Source: Candidatus Andersenbacteria bacterium RIFCSPHIGHO2_02_FULL_46_16
GTDB taxonomy: Bacteria > Patescibacteriota > Andersenbacteria > UBA10190
Length of the DNA stretch: 64,000 bases
Reading direction: 5' to 3'
Assembly: GCA_001817065.1 (NCBI GenBank)
Contig: MHHQ01000015.1
Location: 1,017 to 65,016, forward strand
The position numbers were made by a program, and so were the translations under genes. The first letter of the stretch is position 1; every line of letters begins with the position of its first letter. Below, piece after piece: positions 17,690 through 27,431 of the stretch. The notes beneath the pieces are model-generated. The model saw only the letters and a list, made by a program, of their open reading frames with translations, made no database searches and was not told where the DNA came from.

Positions 17690-18502
17690 GTGGAAAATGT
17701 TTTGGATAAAACCGAACGGATATTGCGATTGCGTAACTATAGTTCAAAGACTCGTAAAGCGTATTTGCTATATATAAAGGATTTTATCACGTTTTCCAAG
17801 AGAGTAGGTATTAGAAATAAACAAAAAGCAATTGAAGAGTTTTTACTTGATAAACATAAGCGAGGACAATCGCCGCAGACAATTAATCTTGCGTTGAATG
17901 CAGTGAAGTTTTTTTACCGCGAAGTATTAAAAGATCCGCAAAAAATAGATTTGAAAATGGCCAAGAGAAGTAAGAAATTGCCGGTTGTACTTTCACGCGC
18001 GGAAATTAAGAAGATTATTGATGGTACCAAGAACACAAAATATCGGTTAATGATTGCGCTGGGTTATGCCTGCGGTTTGCGAGTGAGCGAAGCGGTCAGT
18101 CTAAAAGTGCAGGATTTGGATATTGATGAATTGGTTGTCCACATAAAAAAAGGAAAGGGAAAAAAAGACAGAATTAGCGTATTACCGGAAAAATTGCAAA
18201 ACAATCTACGCAATTTAATAGCTGGTAAGAATAAAGGAGAATATGTTTTTAGTTCCAACCGTGGCGGACTCCTGACCACAACATCTTTACAAAAGATGTT
18301 TCGTCAAAGTTTGGCAAACGCGAGGATTAACAAGTTGGCAACTTTCCATTCATTGCGTCATTCTTTCGCGACGCACTTGCTGGAAAATGGCATCGATGTG
18401 CGCTACGTCCAAGAATTGCTTGGGCACGCCAATATCAGAACGACGCAAATATATACACGGGTGACAAATCCCGGGTTAAAGAAGATAAAAAGCCCGCTAT
18501 GA
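17690..18502 (+). CDS. Tyrosine site-specific recombinase (XerC/XerD-like integrase, 270 aa)
   Basis: C-terminal HSLRHSFATHLLENGIDVRYVQELLGHANIRTTQIYTRV carries the R..H..R..Y catalytic signature; N-terminal SAM-like core-binding domain; GTG start. Confidence 0.85.
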   Translation: MENVLDKTERILRLRNYSSKTRKAYLLYIKDFITFSKRVGIRNKQKAIEEFLLDKHKRGQSPQTINLALNAVKFFYREVLKDPQKIDLKMAKRSKKLPVVLSRAEIKKIIDGTKNTKYRLMIALGYACGLRVSEAVSLKVQDLDIDELVVHIKKGKGKKDRISVLPEKLQNNLRNLIAGKNKGEYVFSSNRGGLLTTTSLQKMFRQSLANARINKLATFHSLRHSFATHLLENGIDVRYVQELLGHANIRTTQIYTRVTNPGLKKIKSPL

Positions 18503-18589
18503 GCGAGTGGGTAAAATAATACAGTAACATAACCATATTAAATTTAGGTTTTTTACATTATGCTTGATATAAAGTAAGATAAAGTACTT

Positions 18590-19270
18590 ATGAGAATTGG
18601 TATCGATGCACATATAATATTGTCAAAGCATAAACGGTATGATCCGAAGATTGCTAGATATACCGAGAACCTGATAAAGAATTTGATTGCCGCAGATAAG
18701 AAATTAGAGCACGCCTGGGTATTATTTTTTGACGCGCGCATGAAGGGATCGAAGAAATTGAAGAAATTTGAACAGCCGAACGTGGAAATCAAGCATTTTC
18801 CGTTTGTACAATATCGGAAGTACTTACCGGTGCTGTATTCCCACATGCTGGTGTCGTCTTACTTGACGGCGGCTAGATTGGACGTTTTTCATTCGCCGGA
18901 AGGACTGATCCCCTACCTGTATCTAGGCCGAATTGTCACGACATTTCATTACGTGCCTACAGGAGAAAGCGAAAGTAACATCTTTGTCAGAACATTTATG
19001 TTAGGAGCCCGCGCGGCATTTGCCCAGTTGTGCAAGCGAGCGAAAAAGATCGTGGTGAATAATGGATCAGACAAAGCCTTGCTATTGGACAAGCACGGTT
19101 GTGATAACAAACAGGTGATAGTGATGGCAACGGAAGACATAGCGCAGGTGGAATGGTCCAAACGTGTAAAAGAGCTCATGGGCTTATACCGAGAGGTGGC
19201 CAAGAAAAAAACTAAAACGAAAGAAGCCGGGAAAAAAGGAATAAAAAAAGAGCCTAAAGGAAAAAAGTAG
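18590..19270 (+). CDS. Hypothetical protein, GT4-like N-terminal region with Lys-rich C-terminal tail
   Basis: MRIGIDAHIIL start typical of GT4 glycosyltransferases, but only 226 aa, ending KKKTKTKEAGKKGIKKEPKGKK. Confidence 0.35.
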   Translation: MRIGIDAHIILSKHKRYDPKIARYTENLIKNLIAADKKLEHAWVLFFDARMKGSKKLKKFEQPNVEIKHFPFVQYRKYLPVLYSHMLVSSYLTAARLDVFHSPEGLIPYLYLGRIVTTFHYVPTGESESNIFVRTFMLGARAAFAQLCKRAKKIVVNNGSDKALLLDKHGCDNKQVIVMATEDIAQVEWSKRVKELMGLYREVAKKKTKTKEAGKKGIKKEPKGKK

Positions 19271-19327
19271 AATAATAGAGAGCTGTAGTGGCAGACAGCG
19301 TAAGACTTACTTGGCATAAGAGCGCTG

Positions 19328-22300
19328 ATGTGGTTTCTTAATGATATGGTAAAGAAGAAACAAAAATTTGAGGATGTTCCGTCGAGGGTGAATGTTAGTG
19401 AGTTGGAGCAGGGAATTTTGCAGTATTGGGAGAAGGAAAATATTTTTAAAAAATCGTTGGATAACAATAAAGATAACCAACAGTTTACCTTCTATGATGG
19501 CCCGCCATACGCGACGGGCAAGCCGCACTATGGTCATATATTGCAGTCAACGATAAAGGACACTGTTTTGAGATACAAGACAATGAGGGGTTACTTTGTG
19601 CCAAGACGGGTCGGTTGGGACTGTCACGGTTTGCCGGTGGAGACCTTAGTGGAAAAGGAGATGGGGATCAAGTCTAAGAGGGATATTGAAGACAAAGTAG
19701 GGATTGAGCAGTTTAACAAAAGATGCCGCGATACAGTTTTTCGTTACATTGAGGATTTTACCAGTACTTTAAAGAGGATGGGCCGTTGGGCTGATTACGA
19801 CAATGCCTATGCGACATTGAACCGTGATTACATGGAAACGGAGTGGTGGGTGTTTAATAAACTGTGGGAACAAGGTTTGGTGTATCAGGCGTTTCGGTCG
19901 ACGCCATATTGCATCCGGTGCGCGACACCGTTATCGAATTTTGAAGTGACAATAAATTATCGAGACACCAGAGACACGGCAGTTTATATTATGTTGCCGG
20001 TGGTAAATGAAGATAATTTGTTTTTGTTAGTTTGGACCACCACACCATGGACGTTGCCGGGTAATGTGGCGGTCGCATTTAATCCGGATCCAAGTTTCAA
20101 ATATGTGATTGTCCGGGATGGGGAAAGGCAGTTGATTTTAGAGAAAAGCCGGGCAGTGGTGCTGTTTGGTGAGCAAGTTGAGGTGGTAAAGGAATTAACA
20201 GCGGCGGACATGGCAGATTTAGAGGGATATGAACCATTATATCCGGAGGTTTTGGAGAAAATGGAAAACTTGGATCGGGTGAAGATGTATAGACTAGTGA
20301 AGTCCGGTCATGTTGTTACAGACGAAGGTACAGGCTTAGTGCATATTGCTCCAGCTTTTGGGGAAGAAGATGCTGAGATTGGCAAAAAGCAAGGGCTGCC
20401 GACATTAAGGACGGTGGATACGGGCGGAAAGTTCACCGCGGATGTTGCCAAGTGGGCGGGCGAGAATATTTTTCAGGCGAATGAAAAAATTGTCACGGAC
20501 TTAGAAGAAAGACGGTTGTTGCTGAAGAGTGAGAAGTACCAGCACAGTTATCCTTTTTGTTGGCGCTGCGATACGCCGCTGATTTATTACGCCTTGGATA
20601 GCTGGTTTGTGAAAATTAATGGCAGCGGATTAAAGGAGCGAATGCTATCAGCAGCGGAGAAAATTGATTGGACACCGGAGCATATTAAGAAAGGCAGATT
20701 TTGGAAAGGGATTGAATCGGCGCCGGACTGGGCAGTGTCCCGTAACCGATACTGGAGTGTCCCAATGCCGGTGTGGCAGTGCGATCAATGCAATGAAAAA
20801 GTTTGCGTATCGAGTATTGAGCAGCTGAAGGATCTGTCGGGGGCGACGGAAGAACAAGTGGCTGATATCCATCGGCCATATGTTGATGACATTACGTGGT
20901 CTTGTTCGTGTCAGGGGACGTTGAAGCGCGTTGAAGAAGTGTTAGATGTTTGGTTTGATGCCGGATCAATGCCTTATGCCCAGCTGCATTTCCCGTTTGA
21001 AAATGAGCAGCAAGTGAAGAAGAGCTTTCCGGCTGACTTTATCGTTGAGGCGGTGGAGCAGACCAGGCTGTGGTTTTATGTTATGCACGTACTTGCGTTG
21101 GCACTGACGGATAAAAAAGTGAGCGGGCAGGTTGGTTTAGGGGAAGATAGTCCAGCCTTTTTGAGTGCGATTGGATCTGGTCTGATATTTGCGGAGGATG
21201 GGAGAAAGCTTTCTAAGAAGCTGAAGAATTATCCGGAGCCGGAACCAACGATAGAAAAATATGGGGCTGATGTGCTGAGATTGTATCTGTTGAGCAGTGC
21301 CAGTCTGGGGGAACCTTATCGATTCGCCGAGAAAGATTTAAGGCGAGTGCAAAGCAATACATATATGACGCTCTGGAATGTGTATAGCTTTTTTGTGCGG
21401 TATGCCAATACGCATAATTGGCAACCGAGCACGAAGGCTGGCGTATCAGCTAATGTTTTAGATGTCTGGATAACAACTCGGCTGAAGGAATTTAAAAGTG
21501 AAGTGATTGAGGCTACGGAGAAGTATCAGGTGGATAAGGCGGCGCGGAAGTTCATCCCATTCATTGATGACTTAAGTAATTGGTATGTACGCCGGTCACG
21601 GAATAGATTCCAAAGGCCGATTGATGCCAAGGAGAGAGATGAAACATTTGGGACTTTGTATGCAGTATTAGTTGAGGTAACCAAGATAATGGCACCTTAT
21701 ATGCCCTTTGTGTCAGAAGCGATGTATCGGAATTTAGTTAAGGCCGGTGAATCGGTTCATCTGGAAAAAATCGAGACGATTGGGGAACTGGGTGAGGCAG
21801 AGCAAAAAATACTGCTAGAAATGGCCAAGGCGCGGGAGGCGGTGGCTGTAGGCTTGGCTTTGCGAGCGAAGAAGGGGATTAAGGTACGACAACCTCTGCG
21901 CGCGTTGTTAGTGAAGGGGGAAGAAATGAAGGCTGATCTTCAAATAATGGTGTGTGATGAAATAAATGTTAAGGAAGTAAGGTTTGTTAAGGAGTTTGTT
22001 GATCATGAAGCATATGTTAAATCTGAGGAAGGTGGTGGCGTAGAAGCTATGCTGGATACGGAGATTACAGAAGATCTGAAATCGGAAGGCTTGGCTCGGG
22101 AAGTAGTCAGGCATGGTCAGGTGCTACGACGGGAGGCGGCTTATGCTTTGGATGATCGAATTGAGCTGATTTATGTGACTGATGATCGTGAACTGGACAA
22201 AGTGCTAGAAGATAATAGTGCCTATATTTTAGAAGCCTTACAGGCAGAAGAAGTAATACGAGAAAAAGCAGAAGCTGATGCAGGAAAAGATATTGAGATA

Positions 22301-22336
22301 AACGGGAAAAAGTTGTATTTGGGTGTGAGAAAATGA
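19328..22336 (+). CDS. ileS: Isoleucyl-tRNA synthetase
   Basis: PPYATGKPHYGHIL (HIGH motif), KLSKKLKN (KMSKS-like motif) and class I editing and anticodon-binding regions; true start may be ATG 19346 (MVKKKQKFEDV). Confidence 0.9.
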   Translation: MWFLNDMVKKKQKFEDVPSRVNVSELEQGILQYWEKENIFKKSLDNNKDNQQFTFYDGPPYATGKPHYGHILQSTIKDTVLRYKTMRGYFVPRRVGWDCHGLPVETLVEKEMGIKSKRDIEDKVGIEQFNKRCRDTVFRYIEDFTSTLKRMGRWADYDNAYATLNRDYMETEWWVFNKLWEQGLVYQAFRSTPYCIRCATPLSNFEVTINYRDTRDTAVYIMLPVVNEDNLFLLVWTTTPWTLPGNVAVAFNPDPSFKYVIVRDGERQLILEKSRAVVLFGEQVEVVKELTAADMADLEGYEPLYPEVLEKMENLDRVKMYRLVKSGHVVTDEGTGLVHIAPAFGEEDAEIGKKQGLPTLRTVDTGGKFTADVAKWAGENIFQANEKIVTDLEERRLLLKSEKYQHSYPFCWRCDTPLIYYALDSWFVKINGSGLKERMLSAAEKIDWTPEHIKKGRFWKGIESAPDWAVSRNRYWSVPMPVWQCDQCNEKVCVSSIEQLKDLSGATEEQVADIHRPYVDDITWSCSCQGTLKRVEEVLDVWFDAGSMPYAQLHFPFENEQQVKKSFPADFIVEAVEQTRLWFYVMHVLALALTDKKVSGQVGLGEDSPAFLSAIGSGLIFAEDGRKLSKKLKNYPEPEPTIEKYGADVLRLYLLSSASLGEPYRFAEKDLRRVQSNTYMTLWNVYSFFVRYANTHNWQPSTKAGVSANVLDVWITTRLKEFKSEVIEATEKYQVDKAARKFIPFIDDLSNWYVRRSRNRFQRPIDAKERDETFGTLYAVLVEVTKIMAPYMPFVSEAMYRNLVKAGESVHLEKIETIGELGEAEQKILLEMAKAREAVAVGLALRAKKGIKVRQPLRALLVKGEEMKADLQIMVCDEINVKEVRFVKEFVDHEAYVKSEEGGGVEAMLDTEITEDLKSEGLAREVVRHGQVLRREAAYALDDRIELIYVTDDRELDKVLEDNSAYILEALQAEEVIREKAEADAGKDIEINGKKLYLGVRK

Positions 22337-22530
22337 TCAATAGATAAGTCACCATCCGTAAATAACTTAACCATTTCTCGCCCACTATGCGCCAATCTAC
22401 GACTTTTCTTCAATCACGAACCACTCACCGTAGCTTGGCTACGGCTCCTGGTTCGCTCAATTGGAAAAGCCGTATCTCGACGCATATTGAACGAGATCTG
22501 GCCAAGTTATTTTTGGATGGCGCCTTAGTA

Positions 22531-22566
22531 AATAAAAACTCTACCCAGTCAAGGTAGAGTTTTTAT
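22531..22566. terminator. Bidirectional terminator between convergent ileS and the surface-protein gene
   Basis: 11-bp perfect stem aaaactctacc/ggtagagtttt preceded by an A-run and followed by a T-run. Confidence 0.6.
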
Positions 22567-22609
22567 GTTTGTCTTTACTTTGCTAACCGTGGGTCAAGAT
22601 GGGAGGAAT

Positions 22610-23650
22610 TTAGATTAGGTATTTCTTGATAGAGATAGCTAATCCAAGCGAACCCATAACGATTGAGGCAACACTGGTTGCACCGGCGCCGGTGGCAGCT
22701 GTCACCGGAACTGGGATGGGTGAAGTGGGTTGGGTCGTAGTTACTGCTTTGACACCACCTGGTATAGACACGATAGTGGTGTCTGTGTCGGTGTCGGAGA
22801 GACCCTTGTTTTCACTACGGGCTTTAACGGAATTGACTAGAGATTTGCCGTCTGAGGCATCTTTATCAACTTTAACTTCGACAAAGAAGGTTAATGTTTC
22901 GCCGCCACTGATAGCGATATCAGACCAGGTAATTGTGCGGCCTTCGATGAATCCGCCGCTAGATACTCGAGTGATAGCGACTAAACTAGGAATGGTATCG
23001 GTTACTACTAGATCATCAACAGTTCCTTCCCCATCATTTTTGACAGTGATTTCGTAGGTTAGGACATGGCCGGGACGAGTGATAGCGCGATGATCCGTTT
23101 TAGTCACTGTTAAGCTAGCTGCCTTATCGTTATCGTCTTCTGGTTCAGGGGAAGGACTAGGACTGGGTGATGGAGATGGCGAGGGACTGGGTGATGGTGA
23201 AGGACTGGGACTTGGACTAGGACTGGGTGATGGAGATGGACTTGGAGACGGAGATGGTGAAGGACTGGGACTTGGACTAGGACTGGGTGATGGAGATGGA
23301 CTTGGTGATGGAGATGGTGAAGGACTTGGACTTGGAGACGGAGATGGTGAAGGACTTGGACTGGGTGATGGAGATGGCGAGGGACTTGGACTGGGTGATG
23401 GAGATGGACTAGGACTGGGTGATGGAGATGGGCTTGGAGACGGAGATGGTGAAGGACTTGGACTGGGTGATGGAGATGGGCAAGGGGAGGGGCTGGGTGA
23501 GGGAGAAGGTGTTGGAGAGTCACAGTAACATGCAGCGTCCGTGCTTTTTGGATTTATAAACGCTGATGCAGTTCCTGCTATCGCTACGATCAAAGTTATC
23601 GCAAGGAGGCGATTGATCCATTTGATTTTGTTTTGATTATCGCCGGTCAT
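22610..23650 (-). CDS. Cell-surface protein: signal peptide, long (Ser-Pro)n linker, DUF11-like conserved repeat domain, C-terminal TM anchor
   Basis: About 75 SP dipeptides; [42 protein letters not shown] is DUF11-like; C-terminal hydrophobic [12 protein letters not shown]. Confidence 0.7.
   Translation of the reverse strand: MTGDNQNKIKWINRLLAITLIVAIAGTASAFINPKSTDAACYCDSPTPSPSPSPSPCPSPSPSPSPSPSPSPSPSPSPSPSPSPSPSPSPSPSPSPSPSPSPSPSPSPSPSPSPSPSPSPSPSPSPSPSPSPSPSPSPSPSPSPSPSPSPSPSPSPSPSPSPSPSPSPEPEDDNDKAASLTVTKTDHRAITRPGHVLTYEITVKNDGEGTVDDLVVTDTIPSLVAITRVSSGGFIEGRTITWSDIAISGGETLTFFVEVKVDKDASDGKSLVNSVKARSENKGLSDTDTDTTIVSIPGGVKAVTTTQPTSPIPVPVTAATGAGATSVASIVMGSLGLAISIKKYLI
23150..23520. repeat. 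Tandem hexanucleotide repeat (SP codons) with nested 60-bp higher-order period
   Basis: 60-bp units at 23198-23257 and 23258-23317 are identical; ggagatgg/ggtgatgg units throughout. Confidence 0.8.
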
Positions 23651-23907
23651 ATATTTGGGGTAAATAATAAAAACTAATTAATATTGATGGGAATTAGCGA
23701 AACATGTGATTGTCTTCTAATTACTGCCTTTTGTCAATAGAAGAGACAGGATCTGGGAATATCCAAATTTAGTTTTTGTGAGCAGTTTAAAGAGGTTAGT
23801 TTTTTAATAGTGGCAGGTATCAGATAGCTAGTTAATATCAATGAGGGAGTGGTAAATGATGGCGAATTGATCGGGCATACCTTAAGAAACCGCGATATAA
23901 TAAGAAG

Positions 23908-24654
23908 ATGATCAAAAGAGAGAAAATTGAAGGGCTGGTGTTGTCTCGAAGAAATATTGGTGAAGCAGATCGGATATTAACGTTATTTACGGCTAACCGA
24001 GGACTGATAACAGTTATGGCTAAGGGGGTCAGAGTCGTCCCATCGAGGAGAGGGAGTCACGTTGAACCTTTTACAGAAATATTAACTATCGTGAATGGCA
24101 CTAATGGCAGGTATTGGTTAACGGCTGCAGAAACTAAGGAGTATTTTCAGGAATTGCATCAGGACCAAAATGGATTAATGAGGGCACACTTTTTAGCTAG
24201 GGCCGTAACCGGACTATTCCATCAGGAAGAACCCCAGCCGCAGATTTATGAGGCGGTCAGGGATAGTTGGAAGATTTGGCCTAGTTGTAAGGACGGGCAA
24301 GGATCGATGTTGGAGATATCGTTATATCTGATGATTCTGAAAGCGGCTGGCTATCAACCCCAGCTGAAAAGTTGTCGGGTGTGTGGTCTACGAGTTGGAG
24401 AAACGATAGTGCTAGATGAAAATTTAGGTGGCTGGGCTTGTATCTCTTGTCGTTCGTCTTTGGCAGAGGCGATAGATTCAATCACGATGGATGGTTTAAG
24501 GGTTATTAAATATTTGGCAGAAAAGCCAAATTTGGCTCTGCGGCTGTCGATAGATATCGGATTAGGTCAGCAATTGGAAGAAGCAATGCGAAAGTATGTC
24601 AGCGGGGTAGTGGATGCACAATGGCGCGGTGCGCTGGTTAAAGATTTACGGTAG
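23908..24654 (+). CDS. recO: DNA repair protein RecO
   Basis: N-terminal OB-fold region IEGLVLSRRNIGEADRILTLFT and C-terminal Cys4 zinc motif CRVCG...WACISC. Confidence 0.8.
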   Translation: MIKREKIEGLVLSRRNIGEADRILTLFTANRGLITVMAKGVRVVPSRRGSHVEPFTEILTIVNGTNGRYWLTAAETKEYFQELHQDQNGLMRAHFLARAVTGLFHQEEPQPQIYEAVRDSWKIWPSCKDGQGSMLEISLYLMILKAAGYQPQLKSCRVCGLRVGETIVLDENLGGWACISCRSSLAEAIDSITMDGLRVIKYLAEKPNLALRLSIDIGLGQQLEEAMRKYVSGVVDAQWRGALVKDLR

Positions 24655-24664
24655 ACTGCTAATT

Positions 24665-26683
24665 ATGGAAGAGAGAGCAAATAAGAATGGGGAGAATAAG
24701 AAAGAAAAGAATAGAGCGGATAATGGTATGCCCAATGGAGAAGAAGGCGGTATCCAGATGACGCAGCGAGGTTTATATGTGCGGGATGAACCAGTGGAGT
24801 TAAAAGCGAGACAGCAAGAGTTACATCGACTAGGCATTACCCGTCATCCGCGCGGCGATTTAGAGCAAACTGGCGATACGTTGGCTTCGACACGATATAA
24901 AAATTTAGTACTACAAAGAGCGAAACAATGGGGGAAGGTAATCCGTTTCAGTGGATCGTTATTGTTGGTGATTTTTCTGGTTGTTTGGGCTATAGTGGCA
25001 CTATTATGGTACCGCTCCCGGGTAACTGTGACGGAAGAGCAGGTTAATGTGAGAATCGAGGCACCGCAAGAATTTACGGCTGGTGAAGAGATTATTTATA
25101 AGATTATCTATCAAAACGATAGCCGGGTAGATTGGCAGAACGTGGAGTTAGTCGTGACACCGCCGCGGGGATTTATTTACCGAGGAAGTAATCAAGCGGT
25201 GGAAGTATCAGGAAAAAATGTGGTGTGGCGGCAGGGAGATTTGGTTAGCGGTCAGACAGGGGAATTACATGTCAGAGGCCAGTTAATTGGAGAGCAGAAT
25301 GAAACAGCCACAGTTAAGACAGATATTATTGTCACGCCGATTAATTTTCCCAGCGGACGATTTGTGAAATCTGCGGCTACGGCGACGATAATTACTGCTT
25401 TGCCCTTGGAAGTAGCGTTGGATATACCAAAAGATGCAGCGACTGGTGAGCGAGTTAGAGCTAGTATGCATGTGAGGAATTTGAGTAAAAATGTGTTGGG
25501 AGATATCTATTTAAAATTAAAACTTGCGGAGAATGTTGAATTGGATCCAGAGGACGTTGATTTTACCGCGGGTTATTTTGCGGTTCCGGGAGAGTGGCGG
25601 ATTACAACACTTAATCCTCTAGAAAGCCGAGAGTTTGATTTTGTTTTTTATGTGACGGGACAGCCGGGGGAGACAAAGGTAGTTGACGTAGAGGCTGGGA
25701 TTAGGCAAAACGGGGATGAGTTTACGCAAAGGAAGCTGACGCATGTAGTGACGGTGTCTGCCAGTGAAGTATTGGTGGAACAGAGATATAATGGTAAAGA
25801 TGGCCCAATCGTCATTACCGCGGGGCAAACGATAGACGGCGAGGTTAAATATAGTAACGTGGGTACGGTTGGCTTAAAGGGTGTAATTGTTAAAGTGCGT
25901 TTTGAGGGAATTGCTTTTGATCCATCATCGCTAAGGTTGACTGGAGGAGCCTATAGCTCAACTGATCAGACAATTACCTGGTCAGCAGCTACGGTACCGG
26001 AATTAGCGGTATTACAACCTAATCAAGAGGGAATCATAAAATATAGTTTTACAGTTTTACCAACACCGCGATATCTAGCAACTGGGATCGGAGTAAAAAA
26101 TAATGTAATTGTCAGTGTAGCGACGGTTGATAGTCCTGATATCCCAACTCCAGTGGGTGGAGAAAAGAAAGTGGTGTCGAGTCGGTCGGTCTTATCGTTG
26201 CGGACAGATTTAAGTTTAGGAGTCGACGCATTCTATGATGATGGCAGGTTGGGTATTAAAAGCGCCGGACCGACGCCGCCCCAGGTCGGACAAACCACGA
26301 CTTATACAGTGCGATTCCGAGTGGGCAGCAGTTTGAACGACGTGTCGGATATGAGGCTGGTGGCAGTTTTACCTGATGGTGTCAGTTATACTGGGGAATC
26401 TTTTAAGACGAGTGGCGAGATGACTTTCAGTGATAGGACAGGTGAGCTGATGTGGTCATTGCCTTTAGTTGAAGGAGGGGTAGGTCGGACAAAACCACCG
26501 CAGGAATTACATATTCAGGTGTCAGTGACGCCTGGCGAAGACTTGCGGGGGGCAGTAATTGCTTTCCTTAACCGTGTGACATTGGACGCCACTGACCAGT
26601 TTGTCGATGAGAGTATAACGGAGACGACGAAAGATTTTCCGACCACAGAAACAGCGGTGGTAGGCAGGGGAACGGTTGAATAA
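24665..26683 (+). CDS. Large membrane-anchored hypothetical protein with repeated beta-sandwich (DUF11-like) domains
   Basis: ORF track 24614-26683; TM helix LLLVIFLVVWAIVALLWY then about 550 aa of repetitive extracellular-type sequence. Confidence 0.5.
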   Translation: MEERANKNGENKKEKNRADNGMPNGEEGGIQMTQRGLYVRDEPVELKARQQELHRLGITRHPRGDLEQTGDTLASTRYKNLVLQRAKQWGKVIRFSGSLLLVIFLVVWAIVALLWYRSRVTVTEEQVNVRIEAPQEFTAGEEIIYKIIYQNDSRVDWQNVELVVTPPRGFIYRGSNQAVEVSGKNVVWRQGDLVSGQTGELHVRGQLIGEQNETATVKTDIIVTPINFPSGRFVKSAATATIITALPLEVALDIPKDAATGERVRASMHVRNLSKNVLGDIYLKLKLAENVELDPEDVDFTAGYFAVPGEWRITTLNPLESREFDFVFYVTGQPGETKVVDVEAGIRQNGDEFTQRKLTHVVTVSASEVLVEQRYNGKDGPIVITAGQTIDGEVKYSNVGTVGLKGVIVKVRFEGIAFDPSSLRLTGGAYSSTDQTITWSAATVPELAVLQPNQEGIIKYSFTVLPTPRYLATGIGVKNNVIVSVATVDSPDIPTPVGGEKKVVSSRSVLSLRTDLSLGVDAFYDDGRLGIKSAGPTPPQVGQTTTYTVRFRVGSSLNDVSDMRLVAVLPDGVSYTGESFKTSGEMTFSDRTGELMWSLPLVEGGVGRTKPPQELHIQVSVTPGEDLRGAVIAFLNRVTLDATDQFVDESITETTKDFPTTETAVVGRGTVE

Positions 26684-26770
26684 GAGTGATGGGTTTCGAT
26701 TATGAGGTTAAGGGATTTGGTAGATGCTAGGAATCGCCAGAATTGATTTTAGGCTATTGATAGAAATGTT

Positions 26771-27310
26771 ATGGACAGACCAATTTTCGCACAGTTGTTT
26801 TCTAAGCCTGGTCAGGGGGCTGGGAACAATGAGGAGAAACGCCGAAGACTGGAAAGAGCGGCGGATAGAGCCGGGCAAGGGGGACTTGGGAATAAACTGG
26901 GCCTATTTAAGACGGATGAATGGAGTGTGGAGAGGCAGCACAGACAACAGTCGGTAAGGGACAAATATTTTAAAGACAAGCAAAGAATGCATGTGCAGGA
27001 GCGGCGGGCAGAGGAACAGCTTAAAAGGCAGACAGAATCAAGAAAGCGAGAAATTGAAAATTATTATAGAGTTGGCGAGTTGGGGCAGACGGATCCGCGA
27101 TTAGAGACCGCGAAACAAAAAGCAAAACGTAAATATGGTCGCTACGAACAAAAAGAACAGAGGCGACATCATCGACAATGGCTGCAATCATTTAGAAAAA
27201 TGAGAAGACAGCGAGACAAGGGTTATCGCCAGATTACGAAAAGCATGAAGAAAGAGCACCGGCGCAGTCGTGGTTTGCCCGATGAACTACAGGCGCCATG
27301 GAAGATATAA
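26771..27310 (+). CDS. Highly charged (Arg/Lys/Glu-rich) hypothetical protein
   Basis: ORF track; strongly biased charged composition; no recognisable family. Confidence 0.35.
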   Translation: MDRPIFAQLFSKPGQGAGNNEEKRRRLERAADRAGQGGLGNKLGLFKTDEWSVERQHRQQSVRDKYFKDKQRMHVQERRAEEQLKRQTESRKREIENYYRVGELGQTDPRLETAKQKAKRKYGRYEQKEQRRHHRQWLQSFRKMRRQRDKGYRQITKSMKKEHRRSRGLPDELQAPWKI

Positions 27311-27431
27311 TGAGGAGACAAAATTAATTCGGTGAGGATGATAAAAGGTGAAATAGTAAATAGGTCTGGACAGGGGCGTGCTGTAGACTTACTGTACGAG
27401 GGTTAACCGACAAATATTTTAAGCAATTGAG

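Noticed and set aside
19270-19345. T-box or other riboswitch leaders upstream of ileS, leuS, glyQS and argS
   Set aside because: The leaders are too short (70-120 nt) and lack the specifier and antiterminator T-box motifs. argS appears nearly leaderless.
23150-23520. Possible CRISPR array
   Set aside because: The repeats are contiguous hexamers with no spacers and lie inside a coding sequence. No repeat-spacer architecture is seen anywhere in the window.
23110-23523. His/Pro/Val-rich ORF ([13 protein letters not shown]...) on the minus strand and ORF 22626-23057 on the plus strand
   Set aside because: These are alternative-frame and antisense readings of the (SP)n tandem-repeat region inside the surface-protein gene, and have no independent start signals.
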